Notes: generated by a model from the sequence alone, not told the origin. 64,000 nucleotides of DNA from an uncultured cyanobacterium (GCA_963718615.1 OY970368.1:1632001-1696000); one strand, 5' to 3'; shown: positions 52,134 to 61,971, counted from the first letter of the stretch. Translations and numbers: made by a program.

Positions 52134-52178
52134 AGCAAATACTGTCGCTTTCATTAAAACTGAATTTTCTGAGTATGT

Positions 52179-52889
52179 ATGCGACTAGACCATTATCAAA
52201 CTAACCGTTATCACCCTGGTGCTTCTGTTCTCTGGCAAGTTCTATGGTATTTGGGGGGAGATCCAATCTTTCAAAGTAAAGTTCTTCCTTTCTCCACCCT
52301 GAAGGTTTGGATTTTACGCGTTTTTGGTGCTAAGATCGGCCAAGGTGTTCGTATTAAGCCTGGCGTTAAAGTGAAGTTTCCTTGGCGATTGACCGTTGGA
52401 GATTACGTTTGGATTGGCGAAAATGCCTGGCTTGATAATGTTGCCCCTATCGTGATTGAAAGCCATGTTTGTTTGTCACAAGGTGTATATCTCTGTACTG
52501 GAAATCATGATTGGTCTGTGGAAGGCTTTGATCTGATACCCGGAGAAATCTATCTTGCGCAGGGAAGCTGGATTGCAGCAAAAGCTGTCATTGGTCCTGG
52601 TGTTCGGGTCGGTACCGGTGCGGTACTTGCCTTGGGCAGCGTTACTGGGCGATCGCTCCAACCTCATACTATCTACGCAGGCAATCCTGCACAGCCCCTC
52701 AAACCACGACCGTTGACCAAGCTACGGCAGGACTTGCAGGAAGTTGCGGAGGAAAATACTGTTATGCAATCAGTAGAACTACGAGTGAAGTTGCCTTGTA
52801 CTGATGTTTGCTTGCAAGATTCTGACCTGGATGTATCTAGCGAAGAAACTGATGCGTTCAATAGTCTCAGCGCCCAAGGCTTTTCCTAG
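52179..52889 (+). CDS. WcaF-type hexapeptide-repeat polysaccharide acetyltransferase
   Basis: FGAKIG..VKFPW, YLCTGNHD, GNPA. Confidence 0.9.
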   Translation: MRLDHYQTNRYHPGASVLWQVLWYLGGDPIFQSKVLPFSTLKVWILRVFGAKIGQGVRIKPGVKVKFPWRLTVGDYVWIGENAWLDNVAPIVIESHVCLSQGVYLCTGNHDWSVEGFDLIPGEIYLAQGSWIAAKAVIGPGVRVGTGAVLALGSVTGRSLQPHTIYAGNPAQPLKPRPLTKLRQDLQEVAEENTVMQSVELRVKLPCTDVCLQDSDLDVSSEETDAFNSLSAQGFS

Positions 52890-53155
52890 GAACATTGATG
52901 TTTTTTTACTCAGTGTTCTTAACTGGATTCGCGATCGCAACCATCCGTAAAAACACCACTATCAGATTTGAGTCGATTACCCAAGCTGTTTTTTCCTCAG
53001 CCCTTAAAATTCAACTCACGACCTTTGAGTAAAGGTTTTAAAATCGTCAAGTTTTCCTTAACTTTGACTGTTTTATTTGACTCGAAGGTGTGCATTCTTT
53101 GCGATATGAATGCCAAAAATATATGGTTTTACAGGGTGTAAGGTGTAATAAGATT

Positions 53156-55462
53156 ATGGGCAGACGATCCCTCTCAGCATCAGAATCTGGTATCCGTAAG
53201 GCTAAGCAAGCCTTTCACCGTCGAGGCTGGACTCAGTCAGAACTTGCTATGGAGGTTGGACTAGCGACTCGTCAGCCGGTTTGGAAGTTCTTTAGTGGCC
53301 GACCTGTTGAGCGGGCCGTCTTTATTGATATTTGCTTTCGACTGGATTTAGACTGGGAGGAAATTGCCGGAATTGGTCCATCAGCGCCTGGACTGTTGTC
53401 ATCCTCTGATGTGTTACAGGCTGAATTGTGTGGAGGTTCTGATCGAGAGACCATAGCGTCTATTCGTCAACATCTCTGGCAAATGCTGCAGACGCAAGGA
53501 AACTGGCTTCCAGTCAGTCTTGATCTATCACAACCTTTGCCTTTGATGGCAGTCTATGTTAATCAACAAGTGTGGGAAATCCCTCGACAGAGTCATTATT
53601 GTCTAAAAAATGACACTTGGGATTCTATTGTCCAGATCTTGCCTCGATCCCCTTTAACAGAGATCGTGACCCAAAATTCTCAGATTTTTTTGAAAGGTGC
53701 CTTGGGATCTGGTAAAACGACAGCCTTGCGCTTTCTCTTCACAGAATGTCTCAGAAGTAATCTTTTAGCAAATCAGATTCCCATTTTGTGGATCTTATCC
53801 AATCAGGGTGATTTTGCAACTCAACTCCAGCAGCAGTGGCAACTTTATGGTTTACAGCTTGAGCAAATGCATCAGCTTGCTCGTCTGGGCAAGCTAGTTT
53901 TACTCTTAGACGGTTTTGATCAGCTTGCTGTTGAGCAAAGGGATCGCTTACGTGCTCAGATTTTGCAATGGACCCAAGTCAATCTTGGTAATTCAATTAT
54001 TATTACTAGCCGTACAGGATGTGATGAAGCCTATTTATCTGGCTTCCGATCAGTTGAACTAGCTGGTTTTGAAGAAGAACAAGTTAAAGACTTTGCCCAA
54101 AAGTGGTTTTCTACTGTTCAATGTTCTACCCAACAGCCATCATTTCAAGATTTCTTAATCGAATGTAATCAGAAAGAGGCAAGCGAGCTTAGAGCTCTCA
54201 TGGCTTCTCCTTTACTATTGCATGTGTGTTGTCTACACTTTGCTCATCACGGATCTTTGAAGCAATCCTTTAGCCAGTTGTACGAGGCAATTTTAGAGTT
54301 GCTACTGCGGCGTTGGAATCGAATTGCTGGCCATTCTCCTCTTCAAGAAGAAGAGCTTACGGAATATTGGCGATCGCTCATCACGACTGCGCTCTCTTCT
54401 ATTTCCATAGGACGAACTGCTCCACTAAAAACGACATATGCTTCAAAATTGTCTGAGCAGGAAATATGGCCTAATGCTTTATTCGAGTTATTAACACATC
54501 CCTATCAACAGACTGTCCTACAGACTTTGAGTTTGGATTACGGAATTTTAGAAAGAACGCCACAAGGTGATTATCAATTTGTTTCCCCAGGCTTATGTGC
54601 TTATCTAACTGCATTATCGTTAACTAACTTATCTAAAGGTAAAAATCAAGTCGAAGTTCTATTTCAATCGTTCGACGATCAAGACATCCTGCAAGGCTCG
54701 ATCCGCCTCAAATATTGCTTAGCTCTTGTTTCTGATTCCCAAGAGTACCTTACACAGCTTCTCCTGTGGGCCAATAAAGACCTAGAGAGTGAAGAAAGTT
54801 TGCAATCTTTTTTAGGCTGGATCAATCGTAAATCAGAATCAATCAATACTCATGGCCAGTATCCACTGAATGGGATTCGGTCCTTTTATTGGGGCATATG
54901 CGTCTCGAAAAATTTGGAGCTTGTTTCCCGTCTAGAGCCACAAATGCTAGAGGCACTTTCTCCAGAGCTTCATCTAGATTTGATGCTAATTCGGGCCTTA
55001 AACTTAGGCGAGAATTTAGAACCAAGACCGAATCAATCTCATTTGATTGAACTTCGGTTTGCGTTAGATTTAGAAGTCTATTGTCAGCATGAGCCTTCTA
55101 TTGCATCTGTGATTCAGCATCTTTGTTCACAATTTCCGCCACTTACTGCATCAGAGAGCCAATTACAAACTTGGTGGCAAGAAAAAGGTCAGCAATGGTT
55201 CACTGAGTTTCGACAAGTTTGCATTGAACATCGCGATATAGGTCATTTATGGAAATTTGGTGAAAGAGAAAAGGCAAGCTTACAGCGCCATGAAACTCTT
55301 TACCTATCGGTGCTTGACGCTATTCAGGATGAGTATTTATCTCAGCAGATCGATCCAGCCCTGATCCGTCGACTGATTTTCAGTCCTCAGAGTGAGCTTA
55401 ATCAAGAATTGATATTTTTCCCAGCAACAACTGTACATTCTCTTAGCCGAGCAAACTTTTAA
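53156..55462 (+). CDS. HTH-NACHT (STAND) regulator, XssQ-like
   Basis: RRSL.AS..GIRKAK...GWTQSELA XRE-HTH, GALGSGKTT Walker A, LLLDGFDQ Walker B, C-terminal WW...HRDIGHLW segment; likely start MGRRSL. Confidence 0.85.
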   Translation: MGRRSLSASESGIRKAKQAFHRRGWTQSELAMEVGLATRQPVWKFFSGRPVERAVFIDICFRLDLDWEEIAGIGPSAPGLLSSSDVLQAELCGGSDRETIASIRQHLWQMLQTQGNWLPVSLDLSQPLPLMAVYVNQQVWEIPRQSHYCLKNDTWDSIVQILPRSPLTEIVTQNSQIFLKGALGSGKTTALRFLFTECLRSNLLANQIPILWILSNQGDFATQLQQQWQLYGLQLEQMHQLARLGKLVLLLDGFDQLAVEQRDRLRAQILQWTQVNLGNSIIITSRTGCDEAYLSGFRSVELAGFEEEQVKDFAQKWFSTVQCSTQQPSFQDFLIECNQKEASELRALMASPLLLHVCCLHFAHHGSLKQSFSQLYEAILELLLRRWNRIAGHSPLQEEELTEYWRSLITTALSSISIGRTAPLKTTYASKLSEQEIWPNALFELLTHPYQQTVLQTLSLDYGILERTPQGDYQFVSPGLCAYLTALSLTNLSKGKNQVEVLFQSFDDQDILQGSIRLKYCLALVSDSQEYLTQLLLWANKDLESEESLQSFLGWINRKSESINTHGQYPLNGIRSFYWGICVSKNLELVSRLEPQMLEALSPELHLDLMLIRALNLGENLEPRPNQSHLIELRFALDLEVYCQHEPSIASVIQHLCSQFPPLTASESQLQTWWQEKGQQWFTEFRQVCIEHRDIGHLWKFGEREKASLQRHETLYLSVLDAIQDEYLSQQIDPALIRRLIFSPQSELNQELIFFPATTVHSLSRANF

Positions 55463-55477
55463 TTGATTAAAATCACA

Positions 55478-56485
55478 ATGAACACCTTACTCCAAGCTAA
55501 ATCCGCTTATCATATTTTAGTCGTTGAGCCAGATAATTACCTTCGCGATGCTTTAATTCAAGCCATTGAGTATGAAGGCTATGGTACAACATCACTGACG
55601 ACTGCTAAAGACTGCATACAGCACTGCCTTAGGGATTTACCTAACTTGGTAATTTTAGCCTCAAAACTTCCTGATCAAGAGGCTTTAAAGGTTGTTGAAC
55701 AGCTTCAATCCAGACTCTCTCAAGATTGTCCACCGGTTCTGATGCTCGCATCGCAATATGATCTAAGCTTCATGGAAAAGGCTTTTGCCCTGGGGGTCCG
55801 TGACTATTTGCTTCGTCCAATCCACTGGTCAGTATTTCGTCAAAGAGTTCAGCAGTTGATTGAAATGCAGATTTGTCTGCATCAATTAGACGAAAAACTA
55901 TGGCAGGAAAAGGCCCTAATGGGACAACTGACTAAAACTAAATTGCGGATAGAAGGCCTGTCGCAATTAGATGAGGTTACTCAGCTTAAAAACCGTAAAT
56001 CTTTTGAAGAAGAACTACTTAAAACTTGGCGAGTTCAGGTGAGGGAGCGACAGCCGGTCAGCTTGATTTTGCTAGAGCTTAGCTATCTTCAGTCAGCCTG
56101 GGATGAAGTCACAAACTCGATTAATTTTGAGTATCTTAAGGTGACGAGTCATGCAATTACTAGTATTTTAAAGCGACCTAATGACATTGCAGCTCGTTAT
56201 CAAGAAAAGCAGTTTATCATTCTTCTTCCCAATACTCCTTTGGATGGAGCAATTCATTTGGCTAAGACATTGCAACAGGCTATACAGCTAGAAATTCAAA
56301 CTACAGTCGTACTAGAGAAATCAATGCTAGATCCCGTCTTTAATATTGGGATAGCTAGTCAATTGGCCGCTCCTCAGCAGGAGATTCAAGGTCTCATGGA
56401 AACTCTGCGACGATCGCTATCTCAGTCCAAGGATAAGGGAATCAACAGCATCGCCTATTTAGATGCCTCTCCATCTATCTCCTGA
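55478..56485 (+). CDS. Pseudo-receiver + degenerate GGDEF protein
   Basis: REC fold with LVILA at the phospho-Asp site; GGDEF motif reads YQEKQF; RPND I-site kept. Confidence 0.85.
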   Translation: MNTLLQAKSAYHILVVEPDNYLRDALIQAIEYEGYGTTSLTTAKDCIQHCLRDLPNLVILASKLPDQEALKVVEQLQSRLSQDCPPVLMLASQYDLSFMEKAFALGVRDYLLRPIHWSVFRQRVQQLIEMQICLHQLDEKLWQEKALMGQLTKTKLRIEGLSQLDEVTQLKNRKSFEEELLKTWRVQVRERQPVSLILLELSYLQSAWDEVTNSINFEYLKVTSHAITSILKRPNDIAARYQEKQFIILLPNTPLDGAIHLAKTLQQAIQLEIQTTVVLEKSMLDPVFNIGIASQLAAPQQEIQGLMETLRRSLSQSKDKGINSIAYLDASPSIS

Positions 56486-56534
56486 CCTTTAATTCACTGA
56501 AGTCTCGCAAACCGCAAAAACTAAACAACCCTCA

Positions 56535-57257
56535 CTAAAAGGCACCCCCACTTGGCATTACAATTACTTCTTCGACTACGGCTCCATCGGGCATTTGAAT
56601 GACATTCAAAATCGCTTGGGCAATCATCTCGGGTTTCATCATTTGGCTGCGATCGAAATCTGCATTCACGGTTTCTGTATCCCAAATTTCTGTGTTCACA
56701 GAACCGGGAGAAACGATGCTGACACGGATGCCATTGCTACTTTCTTCCGCTGACAACACCTTTGAAAGGGTTACTAATGCAGCTTTGCTCGCACAGTAGG
56801 CCCCCCAGTTCGGGAAGGCATTGTGCGCGGCGATGGAGGCAACATTAATGATTTTTCCATGGGCGCGCGATCGCATCTGGGGCAACACCGCCTGAATACA
56901 TTGAAAGACGCTAATCACATTCAAATCCATGACCTGTTTCCAGTCCGCCAAAGGCATGTCCGCTAGTGCACCGGTATAGCCAATACCTGCGTTGTTAATC
57001 AACACATCCACTGCTTGATTGGCTACCCAGGCTTGCAATTTAGATTGAATAATCTCCAGATTGAGTAAGTCTAGGGAGAGGATGTGGACTGCTGCGCCTT
57101 GCTGCTCCGCTGCAGCGGCAACCCTCTGGAGTTTATCGAGCGATCGCGCCACCAGCAAAAGATCAAATCCAGCAGCAGCAAGCCCAAGGGCTGTGGCGCG
57201 GCCAATGCCGCTGCTAGCCCCAGTAATCAGGGCTGTAGGGCGGGAAGAGACAGTCAT
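56535..57257 (-). CDS. SDR family oxidoreductase
   Basis: TGASSGIG, NNAG, YCASK. Confidence 0.93.
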   Translation of the reverse strand: MTVSSRPTALITGASSGIGRATALGLAAAGFDLLLVARSLDKLQRVAAAAEQQGAAVHILSLDLLNLEIIQSKLQAWVANQAVDVLINNAGIGYTGALADMPLADWKQVMDLNVISVFQCIQAVLPQMRSRAHGKIINVASIAAHNAFPNWGAYCASKAALVTLSKVLSAEESSNGIRVSIVSPGSVNTEIWDTETVNADFDRSQMMKPEMIAQAILNVIQMPDGAVVEEVIVMPSGGAF

Positions 57258-57301
57258 AGTAAAAAATAGTAAAAATTGGAAAACCCTTGAAAAAAGTGGA
57301 C

Positions 57302-58276
57302 TTAAGCTTCAGTAAACATGCCAATCCGACGAAACTTTTGGTAGCGCAACTCTCGTAACTCATGGGGTGGTAGTTGGCTGAGCTCGTTGATATTGCGAAT
57401 CAGCGCTTGTTTAAGCGTTTCCGCTGCTTCCAGTGGCGCGCGGTGGGCCCCCCCTAGGGGTTCGGGCAGGGTTTCGTCGAGGATGCCCAACTCCGTCAAG
57501 TCAGTTGCCGTAATCTTCAGGGCTTCGGCGGCTTTTCCGGCTTTGCCCGCGTCTTTCCAGAGAATAGCAGCGCAGGCTTCAGGGCTAGCGACGGTATAGA
57601 CTGAATGTTCAAACATCATCAGGCGATCGCCCACGCCAATGCCCAAAGCTCCCCCCGATCCCCCTTCCCCAATAACAGTGCAAAGAATGGGCACATCTAG
57701 ACGGAACATTTCCCGCAGGTTGTAGGCGATCGCCTCCCCTTGTCCCAGTTCCTCGGCCTTCACCCCCGCATAGGCTCCAGGGGTATCAATAAACGTCACA
57801 ATCGGCATGCCAAACCGGTTAGCATGGTCCATCAAACGCATGGCCTTGCGATAGCCGCCGGGGGAAGCCATGCCAAAATTCCGGGCAACATTGTCCTTGG
57901 TGTCGCGACCCTTTTGGTGACCCAGCATGACGACGCTGCGGTTGCCCAATTGTGCAATCCCGCCAACGAGGGCGAGGTCATCGGAACCGGCGCGATCGCC
58001 ATGGAGTTCAATCCACTCATCGCTAATGGTTTGAATATAATCTAGGGTGCTTGGGCGACGGGGGTGACGGGCCACCTGAATGCGCTGTGCGGGGGACAGA
58101 CTGCTAAAAATTTCCTGACGCAACTGTGCAGCACGGGCTTCTAGCTGTTGGATCTGCCCCTTCACATCGACATCGCTCTCTTCCGCCAGCGAGCGAATCT
58201 GATCAATCCGGGCTTCGAGTTCTGCCAGGGGTTTTTCGAAGTCGAGTAGAACGGGTTTGCGCTGAGTGGTTGACAT
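57302..58276 (-). CDS. accA: Acetyl-CoA carboxylase carboxyltransferase alpha subunit
   Basis: [22 protein letters not shown]; ATG at 58276. Confidence 0.97.
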   Translation of the reverse strand: MSTTQRKPVLLDFEKPLAELEARIDQIRSLAEESDVDVKGQIQQLEARAAQLRQEIFSSLSPAQRIQVARHPRRPSTLDYIQTISDEWIELHGDRAGSDDLALVGGIAQLGNRSVVMLGHQKGRDTKDNVARNFGMASPGGYRKAMRLMDHANRFGMPIVTFIDTPGAYAGVKAEELGQGEAIAYNLREMFRLDVPILCTVIGEGGSGGALGIGVGDRLMMFEHSVYTVASPEACAAILWKDAGKAGKAAEALKITATDLTELGILDETLPEPLGGAHRAPLEAAETLKQALIRNINELSQLPPHELRELRYQKFRRIGMFTEA

Positions 58277-58454
58277 AGGGGTGCGACTCGCTAGATAGGA
58301 ACCCAAGGAGGTAGGCCGCTTCCTATCCTATCATTCAGTAAAAGCGAATCCGATCATCCGGGCTTGTCTCCGGCTCATCTTCGGTGCATCTCCTACAAAT
58401 TTATCAACGCCTTGCCCGTTTTGGCTACGCTACGAAGGCGATCGCCTCCGCCCT

Positions 58455-60260
58455 CTAACAGGTAACAACGGCCAACAGATCATCCCCCTTGAAAATCGTT
58501 GCCCCGTGAGCGCTATCTCCAAAGGACAAATCGCCTCCATCGCTAAACTTGAATTCGGTATAGCCCATTTGAAGGTTATTGACCGTCACGCAGCCCTCCT
58601 CTTTATTCAAAACTACAGTTGCAGGGCCACCGCTGAGCCAAACGATGTCCATCCCCGATCCGCTGTCCATTACATCGTCCATATCGCCCCCCATGTCGCT
58701 GGCCATAAGGGTTAATCCTTGGATATTGATCAGGGGGTCAGAGCCCAGCATGCCGATTTCCGTAGCGTTGCCCGAGTCTAGATCAATGGAGTAAAAGGTG
58801 TTATTGGAAACGGCAAAGGCGACATTACCTGCGTCTGGATCCGAGAGGATGTCAAACCCCCCGAGGGTGTCAAAGTCTAAACCGAGTTCGCCTACGGTTG
58901 TTAAAATACCGTCGTTGGGTGGGTTCTGTAGAACTAATGTGTTGAGCAGCGTATCAATGTTATAGAGCTGTGTACTGGTTGTGCCCTCAAAGGAATTGGT
59001 ATAGGCAGCGGCGGTAATATTGGGGTTGATGCCTGCATTGCGATCGCCCTCGGCAAAGGCCAGGGAGCCATCGACAATGACGGCACCGGTATCTACGTTA
59101 ATGCGGAAGTCTTGGTCATTGTCCCCCACAAGGCGGAGGCGATCGGCCACAGGATTGAAGTCAAACCCCGAAATCGTACCGCCCTCAAAAGGGGTATCCA
59201 AGGTACTCACGAAGGTGGCGATATTATCCGTGGTCATTAGGTTACGAAGAATCGGGCCGTTGGCATCGGCTGCACCGTTATGAATATGAATAGCGCTTTC
59301 GGGATTGCCCAGCGGATCCACACCGCCCACCGGCATTAGCGGACTGGTCAAGTTGCGAAAGCTGCCGTTCGTTGCCAGCTCATTCACCGAGTTGTCGTAA
59401 ACAATGTCAAACATACCGGTTGCAGGACCATCTGGCACCTCGTTGACCTGCTGGGTCTCTTCGAGGGCCAATCCTGACGCAACGACATCTCCCTCAACCT
59501 CGACATCAATTTGCCCCCGCAGTTCGCCACCGGCAAAGTTTTCGGTGTGCAGATTAATGTAGAGGTTATCGTTGAGTAATTCAGTTTCTTCCGCATCGGT
59601 GAGGGTAAAACTGCCGCTGAAGCGATCGCCATCCACCGTCAAATTCCGAATGATTGGGCCATTAGCTCCGGCAGCGCCATTGTGAATGTGAATGGCGCTC
59701 TCAGGATTGCCCAGGGGATCAACCCCGCCTACGGGCAGGAGCGGACTGGTGAGATTACTAAAGCTGCCGCTAATCTTGAGTTGATTGGTCGCATCGTCAT
59801 AGATGGCATCAAAGCTGCTAGTTGCAGGACCATCTGGTACATCGTTGACCTGTTGTGATTCCTCCAGCATGAGTCCTCGCTCAACGATGTCGTGTTCGAG
59901 ATTCACATGGATTTGACCCCGCAGTTCACCCCCTGCAAAGTCCTGGGTGTGGAGATTGACATAGAGATTATCGCTGAGCAGTGCCGCCTCTTCGCTCTCA
60001 GTCAGCGTCACGGTTCGGCCAAAGGTGCCGGAGGTCGCGCCCGCTGGATCGAGGGTGTAGATTTTGTTGGCGGTGGTCAGGCCATAGATTTTGCCATCGG
60101 CGGGACGCACATCAATTCCCAGTAGAGATCCTTCAAGGCCGGTGACAGGGATTTGGGTAACTGAACTTAGGTCGTCCGAGCTAAATGTCAGAAGTTCATT
60201 GTTGTCGGTTAGCGCCACAACGTTAGCGGTGACGGTAGTTTGTAGGGTTTCGCTTGTCAT
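58455..60260 (-). CDS. DUF4394 protein with internal CHRD-repeat insertion
   Basis: GIDVRPADG, DFNPVADRLR, AAAYTN, LQNPPNDG (DUF4394); IHIHNG and LY.NLHT..GGELRGQI (CHRD) each twice; ATG at 60260. Confidence 0.85.
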   Translation of the reverse strand: MTSETLQTTVTANVVALTDNNELLTFSSDDLSSVTQIPVTGLEGSLLGIDVRPADGKIYGLTTANKIYTLDPAGATSGTFGRTVTLTESEEAALLSDNLYVNLHTQDFAGGELRGQIHVNLEHDIVERGLMLEESQQVNDVPDGPATSSFDAIYDDATNQLKISGSFSNLTSPLLPVGGVDPLGNPESAIHIHNGAAGANGPIIRNLTVDGDRFSGSFTLTDAEETELLNDNLYINLHTENFAGGELRGQIDVEVEGDVVASGLALEETQQVNEVPDGPATGMFDIVYDNSVNELATNGSFRNLTSPLMPVGGVDPLGNPESAIHIHNGAADANGPILRNLMTTDNIATFVSTLDTPFEGGTISGFDFNPVADRLRLVGDNDQDFRINVDTGAVIVDGSLAFAEGDRNAGINPNITAAAYTNSFEGTTSTQLYNIDTLLNTLVLQNPPNDGILTTVGELGLDFDTLGGFDILSDPDAGNVAFAVSNNTFYSIDLDSGNATEIGMLGSDPLINIQGLTLMASDMGGDMDDVMDSGSGMDIVWLSGGPATVVLNKEEGCVTVNNLQMGYTEFKFSDGGDLSFGDSAHGATIFKGDDLLAVVTC

Positions 60261-60297
60261 AAAAACTAAATCCTCGATAAATGACGTATGTGGGCAG

Positions 60298-60346
60298 TAC
60301 GTCAAAAACTGCTCAATAGATGCAGCAGGATGATTTAAATCATCCT
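60298..60346 (-). promoter_or_regulatory. Putative ECF-type promoter plus a perfect 20-bp palindrome
   Basis: Minus strand TGCATCT-N16-CGTA (60324-60298), about 38 nt before the ATG; AGGATGATTTAAATCATCCT at 60327-60346. Confidence 0.45.
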
Positions 60347-60391
60347 AAAGGAATAAATTTTGAATATCGCTCGGCCTTTATTACCCTAGGC

Positions 60392-60418
60392 TAGGCTATG
60401 GGCTGTAGGCTATGGGCT
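60392..60418. repeat. Short intergenic tandem repeat (STRR-like)
   Basis: TAGGCTATGGGCT x2 with a 14-bp period. Confidence 0.7.
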
Positions 60419-60431
60419 AAAACCCTATGTT

Positions 60432-61283
60432 CTAGAGTTTCTGAATCAAAATCGGTGAGGTTTGATGACGTTGGGGGGCAGCTGCGTCTTCAACTGTAAT
60501 GGCAATGGCTTTGACCCAATAGGGGGCTGTCTGAAATGCCATCGGGAGTACCAGAGTTTGAGACTGTGTTTGAGACGGCTTCCCCTGGGTTTCTACCGTA
60601 AAGACATGGGTCAAAATTGCGCCTTTAGAATCCGTTGTAAACGGTGCCTCAGGATCTAAAACCGTCCACAAAACATAGACTTTTCCTGGGGCCAAGGGCG
60701 GCAGATGATCAATGCGCAACGTACCTTTCAAATCCGTTGGATCGAGTTGAACAATCGCTTGAACCGATTGGGGGTCTGTAACTGTACCCGTGAGTTGGCT
60801 AAAATCTGCCGTCGTTTGTAGTGCAACCGTTTGCAGTTGAGAGGGAGCATCGGGCTGATTGGCCTGTTGCTGCTTGAGCGTTTGGAGCGATCGCCACAAT
60901 CCATAATTACTCAGGGAAAGCGCCGCAATCAGTATCGCTGCCACAGCTCCCCCAGCCCTCACCCAGAGAGGCAGCATCACAACTGACTGGGATTGGGAGT
61001 TGGACCGTTGTGGTTCTGGAGCAGGTGCTTGCATGGCCGCAAAGGACGAGAGTACCGCTGCTCGGAGCTGAGTCGGTGGCTGCACTACATCAGGACAGTA
61101 AACCCGATCAAAAATGTTCTGGGTTTGTTCAATCAACTGCTTGACTGTGCTGGCTTGTTTAGGGGTTTGCTGCAACTCTTCTAGCAGGTTTGCTTCTGTG
61201 TCGTTGAGATCATTAAGGACGTATCCTGCCACCAGGGTTTGAAGGGTTTCCGGAGACGTATCAGGAGAGATAGGTGAGGTCAT
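60432..61283 (-). CDS. RskA-type anti-sigma factor
   Basis: LVAGYVLNDL N-terminus, TM helix, YVLW and AITVE C-terminal motifs; overlaps the sigma gene stop. Confidence 0.88.
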   Translation of the reverse strand: MTSPISPDTSPETLQTLVAGYVLNDLNDTEANLLEELQQTPKQASTVKQLIEQTQNIFDRVYCPDVVQPPTQLRAAVLSSFAAMQAPAPEPQRSNSQSQSVVMLPLWVRAGGAVAAILIAALSLSNYGLWRSLQTLKQQQANQPDAPSQLQTVALQTTADFSQLTGTVTDPQSVQAIVQLDPTDLKGTLRIDHLPPLAPGKVYVLWTVLDPEAPFTTDSKGAILTHVFTVETQGKPSQTQSQTLVLPMAFQTAPYWVKAIAITVEDAAAPQRHQTSPILIQKL

Positions 61284-61879
61284 TGCGACTCCTCCTCCAA
61301 GGCGGGCTGTAAAATCTGGCGGAGTTTGATCAAGCCGCGCCGAGCTAGGGACTTGACCGTACCCAGAGGGGTATTGAGCTGATTGGCGATCGCCCCATGA
61401 CTCAATCCTTCCCGATAGGCCAAATCCAAGACCTGCCGCTGGCTCTCAGAAAGTTGTGAAAGGGCAGCCGCAACGGCTTGAGTCATCTCTTCTCGGTCGG
61501 TCGGTTCTGGAGGAAGATGGGCCATTTCGGCAGACTGAGTGATTTGCCATTGCTTCAGGGAGACTTGGGCTCGCTGGGCAAAACGCAGACGATCGATGGC
61601 TCGCGATCGCGCCAATACAGCCAAAAAAGTTCTTAAGGAGCCCCTCCTTGGATCGTAGCGAGTATGGGCCAATTTGAGAAAAATTTCTTGGGTGAGGTCT
61701 TCTGCGTCCTGGGGGTGTTTCAGTAGTTTGAGGGCGATTCCGTACACTAAGCCGGCGTGGCGATCGTAGAGCAATCCTAAAGCCTCGGCCTGACCTTGGT
61801 TTAATGCGGCCCACAGTGTGGCATCTGACGCTTGGGTCTCTAAGGCTTGACTTTCCAGTGTGCGGCGATCCAACGTCAT
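61280..61879 (-). CDS. ECF sigma-70 factor (SigK-like)
   Basis: DAEDLTQEIF, RSRAIDRLR, PLGTVKS; likely start MTLDRR at 61879. Confidence 0.92.
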   Translation of the reverse strand: MTLDRRTLESQALETQASDATLWAALNQGQAEALGLLYDRHAGLVYGIALKLLKHPQDAEDLTQEIFLKLAHTRYDPRRGSLRTFLAVLARSRAIDRLRFAQRAQVSLKQWQITQSAEMAHLPPEPTDREEMTQAVAAALSQLSESQRQVLDLAYREGLSHGAIANQLNTPLGTVKSLARRGLIKLRQILQPALEEESQ

Positions 61880-61971
61880 AGGTTCTTTGGGAGCGGATTC
61901 CAAAAACTTAATGCAGTGACCCCTAGCCTGTTCAGCAACTTGTTCAGATTTTGCAGCAATTAGGTCTTTAG

